A stretch of 36,774 nucleotides of DNA from Candidatus Parcubacteria bacterium (GTDB taxonomy: Bacteria > Patescibacteriota > Patescibacteriia > Patescibacteriales > UBA12465). A model generated the notes under the pieces. It was not told the origin of the DNA and ran no database searches. It was given only the letters and a program-made list of their open reading frames with translations. The stretch's first letter is position 1. Each line of letters opens with the position of its first letter. The translations under genes and the position numbers were made by a program. Below, one piece after another: positions 9,025 to 16,663 of this stretch. Where the stretch lies: contig AP029158.1 in the NCBI GenBank assembly GCA_037076615.1, positions 597,525-634,298 of the forward strand, in the 5' to 3' direction.

Positions 9025-11695
9025 CTAAAATATTAGTTTCACTACCAAAGCAACAAGAAGGATTATCTTCACTTAAGCTTAGGCAAGCTGGCCCGATACT
9101 GGGCTTAAAACAATTTTGGTAAATATTTTTTACGCCCGAGCCAATTTGTGTAATGTAAGTAATTGATTCAAAAAAATCGGTATGCTCAATTCTTAAAGAG
9201 GTATAATCAGGCTGCCCATCAGGATTGCCCAGCTCTTTGTTTTCGTTTTTAAGCCAGTAGCCTAATGGTTGGTTTACTGAGCTTCTTAAATTAATCAATT
9301 TATGCTCCGTCTCCGCCAAACCATTATCTAAAGTCACCGCGCCAGTAGCTAAAGTTCGGGCCATCATCAAATCATTAAAATCAATCACCACTGGACGGGT
9401 CGCTAAAACACCAGACTCCGCTAAACGGGGGGAGGCTAAGGATATTTTTGGCGGAACTAAATTAATTTCCCCGTTAATAAAGAAGGAGAATTCGTAGCCA
9501 TCACGTTTAGAAAAATCACTTTCTCCATCAACAAAATAATTATAAACCCCTTGTGGACGCCCATCGGCACGGCCGTCACGATTACCGTCGAAAGAATTAA
9601 AAGCTAAATCAACCACGCCATCTAAATTCAGAGGGTCGGCTTGCGGATAGTTAGTCGCGGTCGTATTATTGCGACAAACATTTTCCGGCGCTTGACACTC
9701 GGAATAAGGCGCGAGGATTTGGCAATCAGAATGGGACTGACATTTTTTTAAATTAGCCGCCTCAATCTGCAGAGCTAAGTGGCTGTTAGCCGGCAGACAA
9801 TAAATTTTTTCACCACAACTATTAACGCCACACTCTCGATCGGAAACAAATTCTAAAGATTGATAATTGTTAGTTAAAGAAAAATCGCCACTAATATAGT
9901 TGCCCACACAAAGAGAGGCTTGGCAATTATAAGACAAGCAATCTTTCGGCGCGCCACAATTATGACCGGCTGGTCTGGCTTGGGGATCGCTATTTACCAG
10001 ACGGACAAAAGGCGCGACCTCGTCAGCTTGCCCAGAAAGAACCATTGGATTCACCGGTTCATTAAAGTCCACCCGGATAACAGTATTCATGGGCTGGTCC
10101 TTTAGCCCCCTAATCGTATAGAGTTCATTTTTATCGAGGCCACCGCTAAAAGGACTTAATCTTAAAGCATCGCTATTGGTGGCTAAGAGTAAATTATTCC
10201 CCGCTGCTCCCGGTTCCTTGGAAAATAAGGTGATTTCATTTCCTAAACTGGAAACATTCACATTTTCATTGCCACTTAAAGTGAGCGCTATTTTTTCCGC
10301 GGTCGCCACCGGAGCACAGATTTCCGGCAAAACAATTTCATTCCCGGCGCCAGATTTACTGTCAACAAAAATATAAGTTTTATTAGCAACCGTAACAGAG
10401 TCGGCCGCTCGAACCGGAGAAACTCTCAGAGACCAAGAATTGCCCTCAACTATTGACTCTGGAGTAATAACAAAGTAGCCGGCAAAAGTCGCCTTATTAT
10501 CCACTATTGGGCTGGTGCCTAAAGCGGCATTACCACTGAAAAGCTGCATTTGCCCTTCTTTTATTTGGGCAATAAAATCGGTAATCACCCCCGAATAACT
10601 GGGATCAACCGCTAGAGTAGCGGCGGCGGCGGCCCCGCGAGGGCTAATACTTCCGGTAGCAATCTGATAAGGGCGCGGGCAAGAATCAACCGTTATCTTC
10701 GCCTGAGCCATCTTCGCCCCCGTGGTCACCGTAAATAAGTCCGCAGCCGAATCGGCCGGCGGAAAATTACCCCCCGCTTTAACTTGCGGTGGGGTTAAAT
10801 CTAATTTATTACTAACTTCAAAAGTCCACTCAAAATAATCACTAGCGCAAGAAGCAAACAACGAGTCTTTAGTTAATTTTTTCTCAAGAGCCGAGTTTAG
10901 GCGAACACTATACTCCGTATAACCATCGGCACTGCCTAAAGGACTAAGCGGCCGTAAAACTAAAGTTTTTCCATCTTGAGGAACCGACACTTCCACCTGA
11001 TTAACATTGCCCACACAATCATTACTAACACAGGCATTGCCGGCGGCGGTATTAAAGATTTGAATATTACGGAAATTAAGCTTATTGCAACTCGGTGTAT
11101 TATCACAAGCGCAGGCCTCATTATTACTGTTATAGCAAACGGTCTCTAAATTTATCGGTTCTTTGACCGTAATTAAAATCGCTGTATTGCGGGCATTATT
11201 TTTACTATCGGGCTCCGGAAAAACCGCTTCTAGTGAACAAGACCCCAGAGCACTCAAACCAAAACCAGCCGTATTGCGACCCAGGCTTGACTCTGAACCA
11301 GGAGTCCCACCCGTCGTTTCCAACAGTTTCTCTAAAACAAAATAAGTGATCCCCCAAGAAGAAAGAATAATTAATAGGCCGACAACGGTTTGTTTTAAAA
11401 TTTTCTTGGCTTGGGTAATCTTGTCCTCGCTGCCAGCAGAGGTCATCCAGAGAAAGCCAGCATAAATTATTAAAGACACGGCAATAATTCCCAAGAGGCC
11501 CAAAGCCACTTGAATTATTCGTAAAACAATAACAATTGGCGAGGTGGCAGACAAGGCAATGCTCTGATCAACCTGACTAATCCCCGTTTCAATATTAGTG
11601 ACCGCCAAAACACCGGTTGCTCCTAATAAAAAAGTAACCAGCATTAAAGCTATTGGTCCAATTTTTTTAAAAAAAAGATTATTTTTTCCTCTCAT
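8999..11695 (-). CDS. 898-aa secreted/anchored surface protein: T4SS-pilin-like N-terminal module followed by several SbsA/Big_5-like Ig domains and Cys-containing segments
   Basis: Long ORF with ATG at 11695. The N-terminus is a signal peptide plus IIAVSLIIYAGFLWMTSAGSEDKITQAKKILKQTVVGLLIILSSWGITYFVL. Repeated segments fit the Big_5 pattern, such as TAILITVKEPINLETV, LTPPQV, TVIRVDFNEPVNPMVLSG and RPVVIDFNDLMMARTL. It is the first gene of the three-gene array and is preceded by a promoter-like element. Confidence 0.93.
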   Translation of the reverse strand: MRGKNNLFFKKIGPIALMLVTFLLGATGVLAVTNIETGISQVDQSIALSATSPIVIVLRIIQVALGLLGIIAVSLIIYAGFLWMTSAGSEDKITQAKKILKQTVVGLLIILSSWGITYFVLEKLLETTGGTPGSESSLGRNTAGFGLSALGSCSLEAVFPEPDSKNNARNTAILITVKEPINLETVCYNSNNEACACDNTPSCNKLNFRNIQIFNTAAGNACVSNDCVGNVNQVEVSVPQDGKTLVLRPLSPLGSADGYTEYSVRLNSALEKKLTKDSLFASCASDYFEWTFEVSNKLDLTPPQVKAGGNFPPADSAADLFTVTTGAKMAQAKITVDSCPRPYQIATGSISPRGAAAAATLAVDPSYSGVITDFIAQIKEGQMQLFSGNAALGTSPIVDNKATFAGYFVITPESIVEGNSWSLRVSPVRAADSVTVANKTYIFVDSKSGAGNEIVLPEICAPVATAEKIALTLSGNENVNVSSLGNEITLFSKEPGAAGNNLLLATNSDALRLSPFSGGLDKNELYTIRGLKDQPMNTVIRVDFNEPVNPMVLSGQADEVAPFVRLVNSDPQARPAGHNCGAPKDCLSYNCQASLCVGNYISGDFSLTNNYQSLEFVSDRECGVNSCGEKIYCLPANSHLALQIEAANLKKCQSHSDCQILAPYSECQAPENVCRNNTTATNYPQADPLNLDGVVDLAFNSFDGNRDGRADGRPQGVYNYFVDGESDFSKRDGYEFSFFINGEINLVPPKISLASPRLAESGVLATRPVVIDFNDLMMARTLATGAVTLDNGLAETEHKLINLRSSVNQPLGYWLKNENKELGNPDGQPDYTSLRIEHTDFFESITYITQIGSGVKNIYQNCFKPSIGPACLSLSEDNPSCCFGSETNILDAAGNCVR
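11324..11563 (-). repeat. Copy 2 of the duplicated pilin-like anchor module (coding; paralogue of 8635-8874)
   Basis: See copy 1. Similarity stops at the end of the second hydrophobic helix, and the rest of the two proteins diverges. Confidence 0.85.
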
Positions 11696-11720
11696 TGACT
11701 TATTTTATTTTTAGTCATTA

Positions 11721-11729
11721 TGATATAAT
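11721..11729 (+). promoter_or_regulatory. Extended -10 promoter element TGATATAAT for the rel-like gene
   Basis: Perfect TGnTATAAT, 35 nt upstream of the ATG at 11764, in the 68-bp divergent intergenic region. Confidence 0.55.
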
Positions 11730-11731
11730 AA

Positions 11732-11740
11732 ATTATAGCA
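11732..11740 (-). promoter_or_regulatory. Extended -10 promoter element TGCTATAAT for the giant surface-protein operon
   Basis: The plus strand reads attatagca, whose reverse complement is TGCTATAAT. It lies 37 nt upstream of the ATG at 11695 and only 2 bp from the opposite-strand -10 element. Confidence 0.55.
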
Positions 11741-11763
11741 AAAAGTGAGAAAAAGAAAAAGTT

Positions 11764-13230
11764 ATGACGATCGACAGGATTGTAAAAAAATTTAAAGAAA
11801 ACCATCCTGGAGTTAACGCCGAGATTCTTTGGTTAGCTTATGATTTTGCCGCCGCCGCTCACGAGGGCCAATTTCGAAAAACTGGCGAACCCTATATTAA
11901 TCACGCCCTCCACACCGCTTATTTATTAACAGAAATTAAAGCCGATCTGCCAACGGTAACAGCCGGGCTATTACACGATGTTCCCGAAGACACCGAGGTT
12001 AGCTTGGAGGAAGTAGAAAAAAATTTTGGTCCGGAAGTCACCAGTCTTGTCGCCGGGGTGACTAAGTTGGGAAAGTTAAAATACCGCGGCATTGAACGTT
12101 ACCGAGAAAATTTAAAAAAAATGTTTCTGGCCATGACCGGAGATATTAGAATTATTTTCATTAAATTTTGCGATCGCCTTAATAATCTTAGAACCTTAGA
12201 AGCTCTGCCGGAAGAAAAGCGGCGGCGCATCGCCAAAGAAACTCTAGAAATTTATGCCCCCATCGCCGGCATGTTAGGGATTTGGCGCTTAAAGTGGCAA
12301 ATGGAGGATCTGTGCTTTAAATACTTGTACCCTGAAGAATTTCATGAATTGGAGCAAGAATATGAAGTCGAAAGAAAAGCGGAACGCAATCTTTATTTTC
12401 AAAAAATAAAAGATGTTTTAGCGCCGCGCTTAAAAGGGGCCGGAGTGGATTACGAAATGGAAGTTCGCTTTAAGCATCTCTATAGCATTTGGAAAAAAAT
12501 GCAGAACAAGAAGCGCCGCTTTGACCAGATTTACGATGTTTTCGCCGTCCGTTTAATTGTGCCGACTATTAATGATTGTTACAAAGCGTTAGGAATCGTC
12601 CATACTTTATGGCGCCCGAAACCGAATCGCTTTAAAGATTATATTGCCGTGCCGAAACCAAATGGTTATCAATCTCTGCACACCACCGTTTTTGGTCCGG
12701 AAAATAAAGCCGTTGAATTCCAAATTCGCACCCAGCAAATGCACGAAGAGTCGGTTTATGGAATTGCCGCTCATTGGTACTACAAAGAAAAATCATCTAA
12801 CGAAACGGTTGATAAGCAACCGCACTGGATTAAAGAAATTACCGAAGTTCAAAAAGAATTAAACAGTACGAAAGAGTTTGTTACCAATGTTCAGCTCAGT
12901 GTTTTTCATGACCGAATTTTTGTCTTCTCTCCTAAAGGTGATGTCTTTGAGCTCCCTGAGGGGGCGACGCCGATTGATTTTGCCTACGCTGTTCACAGTG
13001 AAATTGGGAATCATGCCACCGGCGCCATGATTAACGATCGGCTCGGCCGTTTGGACCAAGAATTAAAAAATGGCGATTTAGTTGAGATCATTCTTGATAA
13101 AAAACGCCTGCACCCAAGTAAAGACTGGATTAAATTTGCGAAAACAAAAAAAGCGCGTGATCATATTAAACAATATTCTAAAAAATCGACTCTGGAAAAT
13201 ATTAAACGTTTCATTCCGGGGATTAAATAA
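11764..13230 (+). CDS. rel: Bifunctional (p)ppGpp synthetase/hydrolase, short RelA/SpoT homologue (HD + synthetase + TGS only)
   Basis: HD hydrolase motifs are HEGQFRKTGEPYINH and LHDVPED. Synthetase motifs are RFKDYIAVPKPNGYQSLHT and EFQIRTQQMH. The TGS domain reads IFVFSPKGDVFELPEGATPIDFAYAVHSEIG. The protein ends about 40 aa after TGS. Confidence 0.9.
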   Translation: MTIDRIVKKFKENHPGVNAEILWLAYDFAAAAHEGQFRKTGEPYINHALHTAYLLTEIKADLPTVTAGLLHDVPEDTEVSLEEVEKNFGPEVTSLVAGVTKLGKLKYRGIERYRENLKKMFLAMTGDIRIIFIKFCDRLNNLRTLEALPEEKRRRIAKETLEIYAPIAGMLGIWRLKWQMEDLCFKYLYPEEFHELEQEYEVERKAERNLYFQKIKDVLAPRLKGAGVDYEMEVRFKHLYSIWKKMQNKKRRFDQIYDVFAVRLIVPTINDCYKALGIVHTLWRPKPNRFKDYIAVPKPNGYQSLHTTVFGPENKAVEFQIRTQQMHEESVYGIAAHWYYKEKSSNETVDKQPHWIKEITEVQKELNSTKEFVTNVQLSVFHDRIFVFSPKGDVFELPEGATPIDFAYAVHSEIGNHATGAMINDRLGRLDQELKNGDLVEIILDKKRLHPSKDWIKFAKTKKARDHIKQYSKKSTLENIKRFIPGIK

Positions 13231-13264
13231 AAAAAAAGCCGCTCTAAAGAGCGGCTTTTTTTTG
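13231..13264. terminator. Bidirectional intrinsic terminator between rel (+) and rpsU (-)
   Basis: Sequence aaaaaaAGCCGCTCtaaaGAGCGGCTtttttttt: an 8-bp GC-rich stem and 4-nt loop with an A-run on one side and a T-run on the other. Confidence 0.85.
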
Positions 13265-13275
13265 TCAATATTTTC

Positions 13276-13512
13276 TTAGAAGCGACGACGAGCTACTTCT
13301 TCAATTTTTCCTATTTTTCGTAAAAAGTCTTTTTCCTTTTTTAAGCGCAAGCCGGTTAGAGCTTGTTTCTTTTGTTGACGCTTAGTTTTTTCGGGAATTA
13401 AGTGTTGTTTTTCCCTGGCCTTTTCCAAACGCTTACCGTTTTTAACGGCACGCCGAAACTTACGCAAAAAAGATTCAAAACTTTCACTGGGTCGTCTTTT
13501 ATAATCAGCCAT
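13276..13512 (-). CDS. rpsU: 30S ribosomal protein S21
   Basis: 78-aa, very basic protein. ESFESFLRKFRRAVKNGKRLEKAREKQHLIPEKTKRQQKK fits the S21 pattern (compare E. coli EPFDVALRRFKRSCEKAG...FYEKPT..RKR). Its start overlaps the hisS stop by 8 nt. Confidence 0.75.
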   Translation of the reverse strand: MADYKRRPSESFESFLRKFRRAVKNGKRLEKAREKQHLIPEKTKRQQKKQALTGLRLKKEKDFLRKIGKIEEVARRRF

Positions 13513-14932
13513 AAATCACACCTACCTTTCTATTTATTTTTTTATCTAATTTATCTTTGACTTTTTTAATGGCAATCGTTTCTTGAGCACCTGATTCCAT
13601 ATCGCGAAGCAAAATTGTTTCATCCATAATCTCTTTCTTGCCTAAAATCAAAGTTACCTTAGCTTGTAAATTGTTAGCTTCTTCAAGTTGAGCCCTGAGG
13701 CCATCAACTGAAAAAGATTGACGAACATTAAAGCCAGCTAAGCGCAATTCTTCAAAAAGAAGTAAGGCGCGAACACGGGCAGACTCACTTAACTGAGCCA
13801 CATAAATCAATTCTTGTTCGTCAGGATATTTATAAACGGCATTCTGTTCTTTAAGCCGAGCGGTTATTCTTTCTAGGCCAATAGCCACACCACAAGCACT
13901 TTCTTTGCCTCCTAAAAAGGAAAGTAGGGCGTCACAGCGACCCCCAGCCGCCAGAGCCTGGCGCCCATTAGTGTTGCCATCAACCCCAACCGGCCAAAAC
14001 TCAAAAACTGTTTCACTGTAATAGCTCAAATTGCGGACCAGGTAAGAATTAAAATTATAAGGAATGTTTAAGTCATCCAAATATTCTAAAACTTTAGAAA
14101 AATGTTCACGACTCTCTACCGATAAAAAGTCAGCAATCTGTGGCGCGCTCTCGCGAGCTTTAAGACAAGCATCTTCGCGGCAATCTAAAAGAGCTAAAGG
14201 ACTTTTAAGTAAAGCTTTTTTACAGCTATGGCAAAGATTGGTTCGTCGCCCCCGCTCTTTAAAAAAAGCGTTTAGTTTATTGGTATAATCGCGACGAGCA
14301 TCGGAATCTCCTAAACTATTAATCTGCAACTGAAAATTAAGCCCCAGTTCTTTTAAATAGCGATAAGCCGCATTAATAATTAAAGCTTCAGAAATCGGCT
14401 TCGGCTCGCCAATGATTTCTAAGTCTAACTGATTAAATTCACGGTAGCGGCCGCCGCCAACTTTTTCTTGGCGAAAGACCGGACCAATAGCAAAAAGCCT
14501 GGTCGGTAAAGAACTATCTTCACTCTTATTCTCTAGATAAGCACGAAACATTCCCTGAGTCAACTCCGGGCGAAGGGCGCCTTTTTGCCCCGGATCCAAA
14601 TCAACAGTAAAAAACTCTTTTTCCTGACCGCTGCGGGTAATTTTCTTATACATGCCTAAGTCCTCAATAATTGGCGTTTTGATTGGCGCAAAGCCATAGG
14701 CGCGGGCCAACTCCCAAGCCTTGGCTGTCGCTAAATCCCAAGTTAAAAACTCTTTGCCTAAATAATCCTTAAAGCCCATTAAGTGCTGATAAGTCTTAGC
14801 ACTTTTCTTCTCCAAGTGGCGAACGGTCGGCTTAGTCTCCACCGGAGCAGTTTTTTTGACAGCAGCCGGCACCGGTTTTTTTTTAACACTATTTTTAGCA
14901 GCGGGCTTTTTAGTAGTTTTCGCTTTAGTCAT
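13505..14932 (-). CDS. hisS: Histidine--tRNA ligase with a Lys-rich N-terminal extension
   Basis: Class II motifs typical of HisRS are LRPELTQ, FAIGPVFRQEKVGGGRYREFNQLDLEIIG and AAGGRCDALL...GVAIGLERI. The first ~48 aa are a K/P/A-rich appendage. Confidence 0.92.
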   Translation of the reverse strand: MTKAKTTKKPAAKNSVKKKPVPAAVKKTAPVETKPTVRHLEKKSAKTYQHLMGFKDYLGKEFLTWDLATAKAWELARAYGFAPIKTPIIEDLGMYKKITRSGQEKEFFTVDLDPGQKGALRPELTQGMFRAYLENKSEDSSLPTRLFAIGPVFRQEKVGGGRYREFNQLDLEIIGEPKPISEALIINAAYRYLKELGLNFQLQINSLGDSDARRDYTNKLNAFFKERGRRTNLCHSCKKALLKSPLALLDCREDACLKARESAPQIADFLSVESREHFSKVLEYLDDLNIPYNFNSYLVRNLSYYSETVFEFWPVGVDGNTNGRQALAAGGRCDALLSFLGGKESACGVAIGLERITARLKEQNAVYKYPDEQELIYVAQLSESARVRALLLFEELRLAGFNVRQSFSVDGLRAQLEEANNLQAKVTLILGKKEIMDETILLRDMESGAQETIAIKKVKDKLDKKINRKVGVIYG

Positions 14933-14951
14933 AAAATTATCATTTTAATAT

Positions 14952-15551
14952 TTAATACTGAGGCAGATCCTTATCGGTAAAGACACCCCAACGATTAATC
15001 GGAAACCCGCGAACCCAAACCTTACCGGTAATAAAGCTACGCTTCACTGGGCCGAAAAAGCGGGAATCCTGAGAAGCGTCACGATTATCGCCTAAAACAT
15101 AATACTCATCGGCTCCCAATTTAACCAGGTTCTCGCTATTAGCAATAGTTATTTCATCGTCTGCCAAATAATTTTCTTTGAGAATATAACCGTGAGGATA
15201 CTCTTCATTATAAATGTAAACATGGTTATCTTTTATTTGCACGGTTTCTCCGGGTAAACCAATCACTCGTTTAATAAAATGCTCTTGCGGATCGCGTGGG
15301 TATCTAAAGACGACTACTTGCCCCCGCTGCGGATCCTTAAAACGGTAAGAGAGCTCATCAATAATTAAGTATTCGTAGTTAGAAAAAGTCGGCTCCATTG
15401 AAGCGCCTTTAACATAAAAAGGTTGAATTAAAAAATAGCGAACCGCCACGATAATCACTATCGCAATGGCGGCCATTTTTATAAACTCCTGAAGGCCTAA
15501 CAATATCTTTTTAAGCATAAATAAAAAATTGTTGAGCGCTTTATCCGTCAA
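14952..15551 (-). CDS. lepB: Signal peptidase I
   Basis: Catalytic boxes GASMEPTF, FIKRVIGLPGETV and YYVLGDNRDASQDSRFFGPV. The ORF-track start at 15551 is a TTG codon. An in-frame ATG at 15518 (MLKKILL...) is an alternative start. Confidence 0.9.
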   Translation of the reverse strand: MTDKALNNFLFMLKKILLGLQEFIKMAAIAIVIIVAVRYFLIQPFYVKGASMEPTFSNYEYLIIDELSYRFKDPQRGQVVVFRYPRDPQEHFIKRVIGLPGETVQIKDNHVYIYNEEYPHGYILKENYLADDEITIANSENLVKLGADEYYVLGDNRDASQDSRFFGPVKRSFITGKVWVRGFPINRWGVFTDKDLPQY

Positions 15552-15582
15552 TAGAAAACGGCATCAACTAAAAACTTTTGCT

Positions 15583-15591
15583 ATTATAACA
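15583..15591 (-). promoter_or_regulatory. Extended -10 promoter element TGTTATAAT upstream of lepB-hisS-rpsU
   Basis: The plus strand reads attataaca, whose reverse complement is TGTTATAAT. It lies 32 nt upstream of the lepB TTG, in the 74-bp queA-lepB gap. Confidence 0.5.
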
Positions 15592-15625
15592 CTAAAGAAG
15601 CAAAAACACTAATCACTAACAACCT

Positions 15626-16663
15626 TTAAACAATAAGCATTCCGTCGCCAAAGGAGTAAAATTTATAGCCTTTTTTGACAGCTAGCTGGTAGGCTTTTTT
15701 TGTCAAGTCTTCACCAGCAAACGCCGAAACCATCATTAAAAGTGTTGATTGCGGTAAATGAAAATTGGTAATTAAAGCATCAACGGCTAAAAAATTATAA
15801 CCGGGATAAATAAAAATTTTTGTCCAAGCGCCCAACTCTTCGGGCCAACCCACTTGCGCCCAAGTCTCTAGTGTTCGGGCGCTGGTCGTCCCCACCGCCA
15901 CTAAACGGCGGCCCGCCTGTTTGGCGCTTCGTAAATAAGTAGCGGTTTTCTTATCAATGACCGCCCACTCCGCATGCATCTGATGATTACGGATATCAGC
16001 CTCTTTAACGGCCGCGAAAGTTCCCAAGCCAACATGGAGCGTAATTTTTTTTACGCTTATGCCTCGCTTTTTTAAACTCCTCAAGAGGCGAGGAGTAAAA
16101 TGAAGACCGGCAGTGGGCGCCGCTACCGACCCCACTTTATTATCCGCGGCATAAACCGTTTGATACCGTTTTTTATTGGCCCTTAACTTCTGATGGGCGC
16201 TTTTTATGTAAGGCGGCAAAGGCATTAAGCCAATAGCGCTGACCGTTTTAATAAATTTAGCGCCACTTTGATTAAAAGCTACTCGCCAAGTGCCATCACC
16301 CTGATCATTGATTAGCGTCGCCACTAAGCCTTTTTTAAAAAATACTTTCAGTGCTGACCGGACCCGACCACCCACCAGACACTCCCAAACATTAGCTTTT
16401 TCTAAGCGATGTAAAAGGATCTCGACTTGGCCGCCACTTTCTTTATTCCCTAATAATCGTGCCGGTAAAACTTTAGAGTCATTAATCACTAAAACATCGC
16501 CGGGCTGAAGGAAATCAGCTAAGCACTTAAAATTACTTTCTTGAATTTCTTGAGTTTGGCAATTTAAAACTAAGAGTCGGGCCGCATCTCGTGGTTTAGC
16601 GGGCTCTTGACCAATCAGTTCTGGCGGCAAGTAATAATTAAAAGATTGTAGTTCGTAACTCAT
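15626..16663 (-). CDS. queA: S-adenosylmethionine:tRNA ribosyltransferase-isomerase
   Basis: Motifs [59 protein letters not shown] and [21 protein letters not shown] start/stop overlap with ruvB. Confidence 0.93.
   Translation of the reverse strand: MSYELQSFNYYLPPELIGQEPAKPRDAARLLVLNCQTQEIQESNFKCLADFLQPGDVLVINDSKVLPARLLGNKESGGQVEILLHRLEKANVWECLVGGRVRSALKVFFKKGLVATLINDQGDGTWRVAFNQSGAKFIKTVSAIGLMPLPPYIKSAHQKLRANKKRYQTVYAADNKVGSVAAPTAGLHFTPRLLRSLKKRGISVKKITLHVGLGTFAAVKEADIRNHQMHAEWAVIDKKTATYLRSAKQAGRRLVAVGTTSARTLETWAQVGWPEELGAWTKIFIYPGYNFLAVDALITNFHLPQSTLLMMVSAFAGEDLTKKAYQLAVKKGYKFYSFGDGMLIV

Noticed and set aside
8635-11563. Diversity-generating retroelement (TR/VR pair) as an explanation for the two similar ~180-240-nt segments
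   Set aside because: The mismatches between the copies are of all kinds (transitions and transversions at any base) and are not confined to adenines of one copy. Both copies are N-terminal membrane modules rather than C-terminal ligand-binding folds. No reverse transcriptase gene is in the window.
1-11695. A conjugative type IV secretion locus or integrative element, suggested by the pilin-like modules
   Set aside because: There is no VirB4/VirD4 ATPase, VirB6, relaxase, integrase or repeat boundary in the window. The pilin-like sequences are N-terminal parts of giant proteins, not stand-alone pilins.
11692-11718. 8-codon upstream mini-ORF (MTKNKISQ) overlapping the start of the 898-aa gene by ATGA
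   Set aside because: Such a short ORF in AT-rich sequence is expected by chance. It would begin only about 7 nt from the predicted transcript 5' end, and there is no supporting evidence.
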